DNA of 63,992 bases, counting the filler, from Hausera hauseri (taxonomy: Eukaryota), in assembly GCA_046269625.1 (NCBI GenBank). It is 12 parts of 12 records of this genome, joined end to end, with 100 filler letters (N's around TTAATTAATTAA, not from the genome) between each part and the next. Parts side by side here need not be neighbours in the genome. Positions count along the whole stretch, not along the records: positions 1 to 5,201 come from JBJURY010309054.1; positions 5,302 to 9,576 come from JBJURY010662996.1; positions 9,677 to 14,332 come from JBJURY010487687.1; 9 more parts are not named here. One strand, written 5' to 3'. Made by a program: the position numbers and the translations under genes. The notes under the pieces are model-generated. The model did not search any database and was not told the DNA's origin. It saw only the letters and a list, made by a program, of their open reading frames with translations. Shown in pieces: positions 1-12,539 of the stretch. Each line of letters opens with the position of its first letter. Position 1 is the stretch's first letter.

Positions 1-2085
1 CTTACTGCAACCTTTTATCCATACAGTACGTTCATGCTATCCGTCCAGTACTGTATATCCTCTTTCTTGTTGCACAAAGTCCTTCCCACCTTTCTTCCCA
101 GCTTGACTTTTATACAAGCTGCCATTAATTCCAATATTGGTATGGCGACAGACTTTACCGGTGTTACCTTACCTTTTGAGCATATGATTACTACTTTAAT
201 TTCTCATTCCACTATAGATCTCAAATACGCGACCGCCCCATACCCCCATCTAGAAGCGTCGCAGAATATATGCACCTTACTATCGTCCATCACTTGGAAA
301 TGAAGATATCGTGGCACCTTTATTGTGCGCAAGTTCTCCATTCCTTTTACTTGTGTCCTTATTTTCTCGCTCAGTTCTATGGAGATCTTTTCATTCCAAT
401 CTACATTCATAATCCAAAGTTGTTGCAAGAGTATTTTCCCTAATAATGTGTAGCAACTGATGAAACCTAGCGGGTCGAACATTTTAGCTAATGCGCTTAA
501 TAATGTTCTTTTTGTTATTTCCGTCTCTTGTTTGTAGCGGTCCTCAAACTCAAATCTATCGTCTTCTATCTTCCACTTCATTCCTAATGTCTTGGTAACC
601 ACGTACGTTTTTTCCGATATGCTGATTTCCTTTGCTCGACTCGTGGCAGGCATTATATTCATCAATTCATTTCAATTCGACGCCCATTTGTGCGGTTCCA
701 TCCCGGCCTTTTCCCAGATCTCGTTCAGCTAATTATATAATGAAACAGCTTCCTTTTCGGTGTCGTCGTGATCGATGCAGTCGTCCATGTACGTAGAATA
801 CTCTATCGTCTCTACGACTCCAGGGAATTTATGTCTAAATTTTTCGGCATTATGTCTCGAGATCAATTGTGCTAGAAACGGGGAGGTATTAAGTCCAAAT
901 ACTAATTGATTGAACTCATAGATCTTGAGTTCCCCACCCTTATGCCACAGAAATCTCAGATATTTTTATCGCCTTGTTTAATTTTGATCTGCAGGAACAT
1001 TTCTTGTATATCATATACTACCACCCATGGTCGTTTCCTCATCCTTATTATAATATCTACGATATCTAGTTGTAGTTTTGGACCGGGATCCACAAAATCG
1101 TTTAAACACTTTCCTCGATATCTCGCAGCAGCATCGAAAACTATCTGGCATTTTGTGGTCTCCCTATCGGTTTTCGTAACCGGAAAATGTGGTAACAACC
1201 AAGCTGTCTCTTGTTCCTCTCGCTCCTCCAATACTCGTATGTACCCTTCCTTTGTGTGCGCTTCGATTACCTTCTCATAGGCTGCCTTTGTCTTCTCGTT
1301 TTATCTAACTTGTTCTTTGGAATTTCTAGCCGTCTTTTTTCCATCCATTCATTACTTTTCATTTTTGGTTGTTTCCTTCCCGTCCACAGCAGTGGCATAC
1401 AGTATGTATTTTCCTCGTAAATCGTTTCATCTAGCATACTCTTCACTGTTTTCTTGTCTTGTTCAGACCTCTCAAACTCTTTCACATCCATATCAAACTC
1501 GACCTCCCATAATCGGCTCAAATCATTTTGAATTTCTTCTGTCCTTGTCCAGAAGGCTCTCACAAAATTGTTACTTATGATTTTCCTTCCCTTTTTTATT
1601 TGCTCTACACAGGTCGAACCTAACGGGGTTAATCGCGCCACCGGCGCACGCCTTTTACCGTATACCTCTTTGATTGACCTGTTTAATTCTATAAAATTTG
1701 CACCAATGATTCCATCCACTTCCAACCTGTGTGACATCTTGGGGAATTTTAAATCCTTCAGATGTGGCCATCTTTGTCTTTCTATAAACCAATTCACTGC
1801 CCTCACCCTTCCAGTTGGATTTCTCATAGCCAACGATTCGAATTTAACTTCCACTGACCGGTCAATATTCAGCAATACCATTTTAAATATATCTATAGAC
1901 ATCCTGGTCTGTTTTCCTCCGACGATTGTTATCGTCAACCTTTCTGTTCCTTACCGACTCCCAATTCTTCACACAGTTTTAAATCGGCAAAGCCCTCGGT
2001 ACTAGCATCGTCCAACAGCATTATTGCTTTCTTCATTTTATTCCCATTGTTTAACAATACTTCCACCGTCCTTAGAGCTATCCTT
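1..2085 (-). pseudogene. pol: BEL/Pao pol (aspartic protease, RT, RNase H), disrupted
   Basis: ORF pieces 1267-1938, 956-1231 and 204-665, plus intervening frames, carry the motifs listed for the element. Confidence 0.9.
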
Positions 2086-2087
2086 TT

Positions 2088-3555
2088 TTACTGTTCACTT
2101 GCTTCCGGAGTACCTTGGGTTACGTAAGCTCTAACGCCCTTTTGTTTACTTTGTACCTTCTTGCCTTTTTCGTTTTTTGTCGTCCGTGGCATTGACTCCT
2201 CTGTTTTAATGCCTATTGTGTTCTCACATGAATTTTCCATATTTCGCCCTACGTCCCTGTTGTCATAACTGTCTTTAGCCTTTTCCTCGCTACCAATTTT
2301 TCCATGTAGGAATCTACAATTATTCCCATATTTACGCTCTTCTTTTTCGTAGTACCAACATGTCCTTTTTTGCACATTTTTACTAGGTTGATTTAAGTAT
2401 TTACAGTTTTCTGCAAATTGGCATCGACCGTTCTTTTCATAATTCCAGCATCTCTGGGGCCGATCTTCGCGTTGTATATTGGGGCTGTTAGATTTCATCC
2501 CTTTTCAACTTCTCGATCATTTGTTTCGGATTTCATGTTTTCATACTCTCTCTTTACAGCCTGTGATCCTTTTGTAAAGTACGATCTTCTATATTCTACT
2601 TATGAATATCGACCACATTGACTTGTGTTAAACGTTTCTATCCCTCTTACTCTCTCTATGGTATTCCTTCTGACCACTGCTTCTATTTCAATCCAATTCG
2701 TGAAGTATATGACTGTCCTACCCAACTTTTTTTCAATGATATGTCTTTCCCATAGTAGTACAATTGATTCCGGGAGCTTCTCCACAAGGCTTTGGTACAG
2801 TAGTCCTCCACTGAGTTCTTCATTTCTCCCCAGATTCTTCAGTCTTACAATTATCCCTTCCAACAACGCTACAAATTCGTCTAGCCCTTTAATGTCTTCC
2901 TTATATATCGCCCGGAACCTTATGACTTCGGTCATGAATGCTGCATAGTAACGTTGTTCACCTCCATAATAGGAATCTAATTTCTCCAGGGATGTCTTTT
3001 ACCCTTCTTCTGATAGGTCGAAGTCTTCTATCAGTCTTTTCGCCTCACCATACAAACGCTGATTCAGCTGCAGTAGCTTATATATTTCCGACATCGGGGT
3101 TTTGTGGATACAAAAGTCAAAGGTCCTTTTCCATTTTTCGTATTCTGTAACTACCCTCCGAATTTCGGCAACTCTAATTTTTGTAACTTTGGTAATATTA
3201 CCCTTTCCCTTCTTTCCTTTTCAGACCTTCCGTTAGCGGTCATCATTTTATTTTCTATTAAGCTTCTCTCGTAGATGATCGCATTGATTTTTTCGTTCTG
3301 CTCATCCAGCTTCTCCATATCATATTCCAGTATTGTGATGTTCTCCCTTTTCCTCAACTTTCTTGCTGCGATAGCTAATATACACAACTCCGCTTGAAGT
3401 TCGGTAAATGCCTTGTCATATTTTTGGTGATATATTTCATATTCTTGATCACACAAGTTTGCATCCATCAACTTCCTTCGAATTGTTGAGAGATCACTGA
3501 TAAACTTACGTCGCCAAGGTAGTCTATTGTCTAGTTCTTCTGCAGTTAACTCGCT
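2088..3555 (-). pseudogene. gag: BEL/Pao gag (coiled coil, DUF1759-like capsid region, two CCCH-type zinc fingers)
   Basis: LELPKFGG and EKLPESIVLLWER (ORF 2600-2935). Zinc fingers CWNYEKNGRCQFAENCKYLN and CWYYEKEERKYGNNCRFLH (ORF 2088-2498). Confidence 0.8.
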
Positions 3556-4005
3556 TCCGCCCTTTAACCGCAAATGTAAATAAATGGTCACATCTTTTTG
3601 AATATTGTATTGGCTAAGTTTTCTACCGTCCTTCAATTGTATCCGGTCAGTGACCAACTATTTTATCCATAAACGTATCAAAGCGATATGTCATTTTCAT
3701 TGAATGAAAAATGAATTAGTTTGCTCTGTAACAGGTCCCAACTTTTGTGGAATCGTGTCCCTCTTTTATAATGACCAGGTAACTGGTGACCTCGCCTATC
3801 ACATTGACCCATTTTAATAGAATAAATAAAATACATTAATAATTTGATACTTTATCAGCATACATCGCCATTACACTATAGTGGACCGATTATTTTCTTT
3901 GCCTTGTTGTTCTTGTCAGACTGTATTAAATATTTTAACTAGCCTTTCTACTGCGGTTGTTATTTCTATTATTGTTGTTCCTGTTACCTGTATTGTTCTT
4001 ACTCT
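3556..4005 (-). pseudogene. Ubiquitin domain fused upstream of BEL gag, interrupted by an insertion
   Basis: QLKDGRKLSQYNIQKDVTIYLHLRLKGG matches the ubiquitin C-terminus [28 protein letters not shown] and reads in frame into gag. A weaker N-terminal-half match (VRTIQVTGTTIIEI...LKYLIQ) lies beyond the 3662-3875 insertion. Confidence 0.8.
3662..3875 (+). mobile_element. Solo-LTR-like insertion with 4-bp target-site duplication (CTAT)
   Basis: CTAT at 3658-3661 and 3876-3879. Ends in ATTACA, with an internal TATA-like motif and AATAAA. Removing it rejoins the ubiquitin frame, leaving a TAG at the junction. The 5' end is TT rather than TG. Confidence 0.5.
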
Positions 4006-4886
4006 GTTCGAAGGCCGTTTCATTCATAATGTATGGCTCAGTATCCTTTATTATTCATTGGTGAATGGCTGTTTTTCTTCACTGTTACATTCTGGAAGTT
4101 CGTAAACGCATTGATTCCATCTCTTATTGATGATCAGATTCCGGTCGGTTTGTTGTTCTTCTCGTTTGTAACCTTGCATGCGCTAATATTCTTCAACTCT
4201 TTCACCTTTAACTTCGACGATCTTTGAGAATTCTCATGGTGTTTCACTGCTTAATTACACCACATTTTCTATATATGTTTCCAGTATTCTCCGCTAATTT
4301 CTTTCGTGGAGGGGTGTGGTCCTCTGTGGCTCAATGCTTTGGACACTCAGATTTAGTGGGGCCATCGAAACGCTGGCGTCTCTTGCCGACGCCTCAAAGC
4401 CCCACGAGGTGTATGGGTCAACTAATTCCTTTCTGTTGTGGCTATTCTGAATGTGATATAGAATTCGTGCGTATTCGACATTTTTCATATCTGAAACAAC
4501 GTCTTCTCAATATCTGATTTAAGTCTACCATCTTGTTTGGTTTTTAAACTGTCAGGTCATATGCCTCTTGTAGAATAATGAATTATAATTTACTTTTGCT
4601 GGTTTGTAAAACATGGTTGGTACGCTCGCTTTCGATTGTGTGGTCGGGGATTCAATCCCAGCTGTGGCTCCAGGGGTCCATCCAGCCTCTAGAAATTGGT
4701 ACCGGAGAAAATGTGTGGGAAAGTAAACGCGGCCTGGCGTTACGCTGACCACATACACAGTTACCTGCCGTTGGTAAAAGAAAAATATGGACACAAACTC
4801 CACGTTCCCTTATACATCTTTAAGGCATGAGTGGTGTCCCCTTATTTTACCTTGTAGTTTGTAAAACGGCTTCGTCTTGTTATCCT

Positions 4887-5201
4887 TACTGGCTGGTTCC
4901 ATGTTTCATCTAACTCTTATGTATTTGTCAGTGATTCTATGCGTCAAGTAATACGGTGTCTTCTTCTGTTCCTTCTTCCCTGTGTGCTCTAGGTTGATGC
5001 CTGCCTAGTACAGGTATTTGCGGGTTTACCCAACGTATTTCATCGAGTATCGTCTTGTAATGCCTCCTTGGACTTCGCGCTGCCAGAAGTTTGAGTAGCT
5101 GATAGTGTCAGATACGTGTCTGAGTTGCTGATATGTGTGTCATCTTTCCTGTTTGCTGTTTTTAATTCCGCATCAGTGAGCTATCAGTTCTCTTCTGGTG
5201 A
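4887..5201 (-). repeat. Possible 5' LTR end plus PBS of the BEL element
   Basis: The minus strand reads ...GAAACA|TGGAACCAGCCAGTA, i.e. CA followed by a TGG-initiated, tRNA-Arg-like but imperfect PBS. Confidence 0.35.
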
Positions 5202-5301
5202 NNNNNNNNNNNNNNNNNNNNNNNNNNNNNNNNNNNNNNNNNNNNTTAATTAATTAANNNNNNNNNNNNNNNNNNNNNNNNNNNNNNNNNNNNNNNNNNN
5301 N
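5202..5301. other. Artificial contig spacer (N44-TTAATTAATTAA-N44); the same spacer occurs at 9577, 14333, 23651, 30097, 37718, 42235, 46567, 51186, 55763 and 59874
   Basis: Identical 100-bp N blocks with a six-frame stop linker. Confidence 0.98.
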
Positions 5302-5796
5302 TGCTGTTGACCTACTTCCGAGCCATTCTTTCAAACCATCCAGACACTTTGTTCTTTGCTGACCACGGCTTCTACTTCAAAGATGTTGAATAATGAAATG
5401 TTAATGTAGAGAGCATGTAAACTGACAAGTGGTTGTCACCTTTTCGTAATCTGCTGCGGTGACTAAAGTCACACTGAATGTGCACATGATTGATGTGCTG
5501 AAGTAAGATGTGCTGACAATGATGTCGGGGATGTTGCATCTGCTGTCTACGGCTTTGATACGACAGCTAGCATCTTGAAATATGTAAGTTCCGTTAAACA
5601 GATGAACATCTGAAATTTAAAATTTCTTGTCTAAAATAAATTCATATCCTTTTATCCATGCACGCATACATCAAAATAAATAAAATATACATTACAACTA
5701 TTGTTATTTGTAGTGTCTAAAAACCATCAAACGAATATTCTGGTAAAAAAAAAATAAGACATGAGGATTTTAAAAAGAAAGAGGAGTGCTGCAGAC

Positions 5797-5830
5797 AACG
5801 TTCCCTCTAAGCTGCGCGAGTGCGCACAAA
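5797..5830 (+). repeat. Possible hAT-type terminal inverted repeat
   Basis: CAACGTTCCCTCTAAGCTGCGCGAGTGCGCA resembles the CA.YGTTCCCTCTAA termini of hAT elements. No partner end or transposase was found. Confidence 0.3.
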
Positions 5831-8229
5831 CGTTCAAAGAAGCGCACTAACTTTTTAAAGTAATGCTCACATTTTTTTTCAGTATTTGCAACTGTTTGTT
5901 GTAGTGTGCGAAAATTACGCAAGAACATGTGCGCACCTGTCAAATATTTTCTTCCCAGGCACATGACCGGTGTGTCAGTTTCTGATGGAGCTAGGACACT
6001 AGATGCTCGATTCTGTTGACTTTAGAATTAGGCGACAACATAATGTTTCACGTGTCTCAAATCGCTGAGTTTTTGCTGATCACTCATGAAAAGCTTCTCC
6101 ATCCCCAGCCCTTGTCCTTACTCCATATCTTAAATACCCACTAGTTTTTATTTTCATTAAACTGAAGTTTATTACATTAAAATAAATGATAATTTACTTA
6201 TTATTTATTTTTACTGCTTCATTACTTAAAATATTTTAATATTAAGTTAAATTAAATTTTGTTTTACCTTGAGTTAAATTTTATTTCATATTACTTTAAG
6301 TTTGATATTGAAATATTTAATAAAATGTTACAAATTATTTTTGGTCTTTTATTGAAATGTATCAATTTTATCCCAAATTCCATATGAAATATTGAAATAC
6401 TTAATCCAAATTGTTGCAATTTATTTTTGCTCTTATATTGAAATATACCAGTTTTGTCCCAAATTACATTTGAACTTTACCTTATTTGCTTCTTTACCCG
6501 GAATTGGGCAAAATGAAAAAAAATTATATATTTGCAATTATACATTTGTCTTTTAGTTTACCATTTATTTAATGTTAACTAGTTACTCAGTTACTTTGCT
6601 GTTTTTGGCTAACATATTGTGTATATTATAAAGAAATACAGGAGATACCCAGCAGGGGTTTAACACAAACAAACACAAGAAGACGTTTACATATATACAA
6701 GGGTTTATTATTTATACAGAATATTCACATGCTCATAGCCAAATTTGTTTGAGTTGCACAATTTTGAATTGAAATATTATTGCCAACACTATGTTAATTT
6801 TGAATCACATATGCTTTTATTTCGGTTCATATTTGTGGACTCGGAGTAGATTCGGATTGCATTGAAATTTCGCGCTCCACTTTGGGTTCGAATACATTGT
6901 GTCTGAAATTTTGATTTTTGTGTTTCGGCGAAGTTAATTAAGGAATCCTAACACTTCTACATCGTAAAATATTTCGAAATTCGTTCAAATATCATAATTT
7001 GTAGCAGTCATTAACTTCACATTGCTCATTAGTGTATCTACATGCATTTCTCAACTGATAAATCCCGAGAGTTATTTCCTCAATGTCACTCAGTGAAAGT
7101 TTGCGGAAGTGAGAAATTTTGTCAGCTATTACAGACGCATACTCCTTCAAGGAATGCTTTTCTTAAAGCTGATTTGTCTGCAATTTTTGAGGAATGACGT
7201 TGTCTTTTGTGCCAATTTAACAATTTTTTATATTTGTTCATCACTTACGTCGCCGCTTCTAACTAATGAAGAGCCAAACGCATTTTCGAAAGTAATCAGA
7301 TACTGACTGTGTTTCGAAACATTTTGTACTTTCATTTGAGGTGTCCATGTTTGCCTCAACTGCCCAACGAAACATAGTCATCAATCGTGATTCATTAGCT
7401 TGCTTCGTAGTATACTGGCAACCTTTCTTTGCAAAATGTCATATAAAATTTTTCATAGCTTGTTTTAAAGCTTTGCTTTACAAACAAAACCAATTTAATT
7501 TTAATTTAATAACTCAATTTAATTTTAAATAACTCAATTTAATAACTTAATTTTAAATAACTTAACTTAAAACTCAATTTAATAATTACGGATTAGCATA
7601 AAATAAATTACAAATAAAAATTAATAACAAAATATATAATTTAGTTTCTAAATACAAAATCACTCACAAATATAACATCTTTTTCCGAACAAACAAACAA
7701 ACCAATTTCAGAATCTTTTCAAAACAAATTCGCACTTTCAAAGATCATGTTCAGTGACGATATGCCTGGCAAAGAAGCCAAGAAAGCAAGTGAAACTTAA
7801 ACCAACAATTAATACAGGTTGTGAAAAATTCATACCAAAACAACAAACCGCGAAAAGAACGAAAGCGACTGCGAGATCCAATGAGCCGATCACTCAGAAG
7901 AAACGCACTACAGTCATGCCGATATATTCAGCGATGGTGTCGAAACTGGTGAGCCTATCGCCAGAGACGATGGCAAATCCCTAATTACTTCAAAAAGAAA
8001 TGCGATATATCCACGCGTATGTACCACATGATGTCGAACATATCTCCTGCAGCCTTTTACGCTGTGTCGAGTTCAAATCCACCAACGCGATCCACGACGA
8101 CAATATCGCCCCCATCGAAATGCGTTTTAAAATGTGTCTTTGAACAATAAACATTCTAACCAGGAAATTTTGTTCTCTATTACGTTTTTACCACTCATTT
8201 TATTCGACTGTCGTTTAGTACTTATACTG

Positions 8230-8750
8230 TAGAGCCTGCATGAAGCTTTCGCACAAAAGAAAATAACCAAACTTTTCCGGATAAAGACAATAATTCATCT
8301 GGAAATCCATGTCCACTAAAATTGCATCGCCAGCTTGGAAAATATAAAATATTCGAATTCGTTTTTGTATCATTGTCTTGAATATCGATGCATCGTTATT
8401 TATTCCAACGTAAGGCCCCATGCATTTACAATATAACCATCAAGCAACACTATTATCATTGGTTTAATAAGTGGTCTTGGCTTCTGAACACTATATAGTC
8501 GCTATTGTATTGTATATTTGCTGGATTTTTCGGTGTACAAGTACGTTCCATCAAATATAACAAATCAGGCTTTCATCGCTAACACCAAACAATTGCTGAC
8601 ATTGCTTTGATACATGCTGTAATAGCCTATTACGATTAATTCCAAGATATTATGGTAGGAAGTTGTCTAGAATGTACTGTCTTGTTAAGCTGAGACATCT
8701 TGACACTGCAATTCTATTTTCATATCCAAATGCTGCTGTGATGTAATTGT
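8230..8750 (-). pseudogene. ISL2EU / PIF-Harbinger-type DDE transposase remnant
   Basis: Across frameshifts: RQYILDNFLP*YLG...QLFG; FDGTYLYTEKSS; RLYSVQKPRPLIKPMIIVLLDGYIV; GPYVGINNDASI; GDAILVDMDF. This is the DDE_Tnp_4-like motif order. Confidence 0.75.
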
Positions 8751-10036
8751 TATATAATCCTTATATCATTTTGAATAAAGCATTTCAAGTTTCGTCCTTT
8801 TACTGTAGCCAAATCTGTTTCTGCTGTCAACACGGAAAACAAGTGTTAAGAAGAACGAAATTAAACTGCGCCATATTTAAGCCGGTCTTAAATGTCTTAA
8901 GCTGCTTCTCATTTCCATGTAATAAAAAGTTACAAGGATCTTTGGAATTTGCTTTGGTAAGGAATTCTTTATAGCCTCATATTTAAACATTTTTCTGCTT
9001 TTACCCAACATTCGAGCTTTGAACGCTTATTTCTCACAAGAATATGCCAACCGTAATTTTTATGTCTTTTTTGAATCAATATGTGGAATCAATTGTTTGG
9101 GTGCATAACTCCCATAGGCTTATTGTTAAATGGTGGCGTTTAAATGCTTTGTTGTTAATATTGAACGACGTTTCAACCAAATCCGAAAGACGTATTCAAT
9201 TATTTTAATGCTGATTTTATTAATTCAAACAATTTTCAATCAGTGACAGAGAAGGTATTGAACCACGTCCTTTCATTTTAAATTTTACTTCAATTGACAT
9301 TATTTCACTTCTACACCCAGACTTTGATGCAATTCTGTATAATCAAGTAATTTTGTACGCTAATTAGAAATATGCAAATTATTTTTCTTATTATGTGGAA
9401 ATTTCTGAGTTCTGAATAATAAATTTTTATTATCGTTACTACTGGTATACGTTATTACCCAATGTGAAATCAAAATATTTACAAAATTACATTGCTTCGT
9501 TTAATAGACTAATGAGCATACGACGGTCAGATATTACACACAATTTTACACAAACCATTTTATATTTGGAAAGGATNNNNNNNNNNNNNNNNNNNNNNNN
9601 NNNNNNNNNNNNNNNNNNNNTTAATTAATTAANNNNNNNNNNNNNNNNNNNNNNNNNNNNNNNNNNNNNNNNNNNNGATATGTTAACCTCTAAGACACTT
9701 GAATGAAATAATACTTATATAGAAACATCTTGTGTACCATATACAACACCCACATCATATAACTTCTATAAAGAATCATCAACAAAATAATAAGAAATCA
9801 CTAGGGAATATATCAAGGTGATAAGGAATCAGTAGGGAATATATCAGGGTAATTAGGGAATATATGTGCAATATAGGAAAGGAATATATGGGTAACATAT
9901 GAGGAATATATGTGCCGTGTGTGTTTGTCTGTATGGGTAAAATGCAGTAAAGAAAATGTATAACTAAGATATGTGACTGTGCGCATATTCATGTGTGTGT
10001 GTGAGTAAAGATGTGAGTAAGAACCCGCATTTTCCC

Positions 10037-10790
10037 CTACTTTTTGATATCGGCTTTTTCCTTGTATCCTTGCAATTCAATATTCAGTATACACTTTAAA
10101 CAATCATCATCGGATACGTGAGACATTTCGCGACCGATAAAATCAAACAGTTTCATTTTCTGCGCTGGTAAATCGACAGATTGCTGTTGCACAATCGTTT
10201 CGTTTAATTTTAAATCCACGTTTAATTGATGTAGAGCATCAGAAAGTTTATCCAAAATTTCACCCTAAAGCCGTTTTACACGATAGCTGTACTTGGGCGC
10301 ACATAGAGACACTGGATCATTCAATGAAATCATTACGGGCGTTTGCAGAAAATGCATTTCATATTTGCGAAAAATTCGTTTCGGTAAAAATGTCTCTGTT
10401 TGACACGACGGTTTTGGTTTTCGTTTACGTATTCCAATCATTGCATTTTGCCTTTTTAACTTCGGTTTTGCTGTTGCTGATTTCTGAGAAAGTTCAATTT
10501 TCGTTTTCAGACAATCGCCCTGCAGATAATAGCCATTAAAAAGTTTTTCTAATTGCTGGACAGGTTCTGTTTTCGTTTCCAGCAGTTTGACATCAGAATT
10601 GTCCTTTTTGTAGCCAAACAACCACGACCAATCTGAACTTTCATCATTCACACAAGTACCATTGAGTAGAATCGTTTTATCGCCGTCTTGAATGGCAATA
10701 ATGTCTGAATGAACATGGGAATGGTATCTATAGTTTGCTGTGCAATGTACATTATTTTGATTCACTAAAACATTTATGTGGTTTTTAATG
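10037..10790 (-). CDS. Hypothetical viral-element proteins (ORFs 10265-10816 and 10037-10255)
   Basis: Compact ORFs co-oriented with the TBP-like gene; no recognised domain. Confidence 0.35.
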
Positions 10791-11215
10791 TAACTAATAC
10801 TCGGTTCATACTTCACTGTCCGAATATCGAGTACAATTTTTCTACTGCTAAATGCATTGGCACAAAGTGGGCGAAACGATGTCAGTCACAGTGCGGGAAA
10901 CAGTTCGGATTCAAACGTACACTTAGCAGTGGCCATTGCTAATTTGTACAGATTGATTCTTTGGTAGAGTAACTGAGTCACTACCGTTATTGACTGAATT
11001 TAGTCCATGACAATTCCAAATGGTAGTAGTTTACCGTTGTCAGCTGTGATTGGTTTGCGATAACCCATAATACGACACTTTCCTGATTGAAATACGATGC
11101 ATGTAAAATCCGGTGGACACTTGAGGACATACTGCCTCGGTTTCCATTGATTAAAAGGTAGTGTGTCAATGTCATACTCGGTAACATGTCCGCGATAGTT
11201 GATATTAGCTAACAT
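10790..11215 (-). pseudogene. Divergent TATA-box-binding protein (TBP)-like gene
   Basis: One frame with two stops: ...FTCIVFQSGKCRIMG...*IQSITVVTQL..RINLYKLA...FESELFPAL*L...FSSRKIVL. It echoes both TBP repeats (IFSSGKMVCTG; IQNMV..IRLEGL..YEPELFPGL..FVSGKVVL). Confidence 0.72.
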
Positions 11216-11310
11216 TATGGAAAGTGTTTATACAATAGCTATATATGTGTGTAACACGATTATAAACAAATCATGTGAGGCAATGTTGTATGATTATTAT
11301 TATTAGTTAG

Positions 11311-11958
11311 ATGCAGCTGCAGAATGACTCAATTATCCAGATTGTAGGCTCAAGTGGAAGTGGCAAAACGCACTTTGTGTGTAAACTATTGCAGAACTAC
11401 CGTGACATGTTCCATTCACCGCGGTACAATCATATTTACTGGCATCAGTATGTTGATGATGGTGAGTCCGGTTTTACACTGGGAATTTTGTAAATTAAAA
11501 TCGATGACGGTAAATGAGGAGTTTGATGAGGACTGGTCTGAGAGATTGCATAATGTTGACGTTATTGTCATTGACGATTTATTTCAAGAGGCCCCGAAAC
11601 AAACCAGACTTCAACAACCTGTTCACGACGATTGCACGACACCATGGTGTGACGGTTATTTTCATTACGCAAAACATGTTTTATCAGGGCGGACAGCATC
11701 GAACACTATTTAGTGTTGTTCAAAAATCACCGTGATTAGACTATCATTGATTATGTTGCACGACAAGCATTTCCTCACAACCGAGCCTACATGATAGATG
11801 CATATCATGATGCTACGACCGAGCCACACGGCTACTTCTTCATTGAATTTACTACACAACAGTGTCCCGATGACATGCGTGTACGAACAGACATTTTCAA
11901 TCAGAAAGGTGTGTCTATAAACACATTCAAAAATCGACATAATTATGATAAAAATTAA
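11311..11958 (+). pseudogene. A32/FtsK-like DNA packaging ATPase of a Polinton
   Basis: Walker A GSSGSGKT, Walker B VIVIDDL, ARHHGVTVIFITQN, VLFKNHRD, HGYFFIEF, RVRTDIF. Frameshifted. Confidence 0.9.
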
Positions 11959-12159
11959 GCATTTCCGAAAAACATTTATTAAACGTAAACCTACTTAGTG
12001 GATGTCAGGCAACAAGAAACGTGTATCAAAACGAACCGCTACAGTCAAGCGATTAATCAATTCTGTGCTTCGAACAACAGCAGCAGCAACTATTACCGTC
12101 TCAGTGGCAACGGTTATAAGAAACTACGTCTCATCAGCATCAATACGTCCTAAAAATAT

Positions 12160-12477
12160 GATTCAAACGTAGTCAACCTTACTTCATTGCTTTGCTCAAG
12201 GCACCTACGAGACATAAGCGAAACATGCTACGATTATTCCCGCAATTTGTAGTAAACGATGTTATGGAAATTTTGTACGATATCGCTGTGTCACGTTGTC
12301 ATTGGTAGTGGAAAGCGGAATTTATTAAAATATCGAAAACGGCTCACTGGCCTTGCCAACGCGCGTAGCAAACGACTGAAATAAGAGGTCATGTATCAGC
12401 AAAATGGCGGATTCCTTGGTGCAATTCCACCAGTTGTCACGTCATTACTGGGTGGAGTCATTGGTGGTACAGTTTAG
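12160..12477 (+). pseudogene. Small Polinton virion/core-type protein with C-terminal QxGGFL motif
   Basis: Ends YQQNGGFLGAIPPVVTSLLGGVIGGTV* after a basic segment, and lies directly after the ATPase. Confidence 0.55.
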
Positions 12478-12539
12478 TATAATCAATGACGGTAATTATA
12501 TGACGATTACAACTCCTATCTTGCATTGGTTTTGAGACG

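Larger units (their letters stand above)
1..5201 (-). mobile_element. Degenerate BEL/Pao LTR retrotransposon (gag-PR-RT-RNase H; cut by the window start and the contig end)
   Basis: Minus-strand fragments lie in BEL order. Gag: KLQKLELPKFGG (~3150-3190). Protease: IMLLDDAS (~2000-2025). RT: WLLPHFPV, IVFDAA, GPKLQ, DIQEMFLQI, FGLNTSPFLA, YMDD (~780-1200). Pao RNase H region: TKRTLLSALAKMFDPLGF and HIFCDAS.WGYGAVAYLR (204-515). Many stops and frameshifts. Confidence 0.92.

Noticed and set aside
5202-5301. Recurring TTAATTAATTAA palindrome as a biological repeat or CRISPR-like array
   Set aside because: It is always centred in identical N blocks, so it is an artificial linker. Adjacency across these gaps has no meaning.
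6700-7450. hAT transposase C-terminus
   Set aside because: Only faint resemblance; no diagnostic motif could be recovered.
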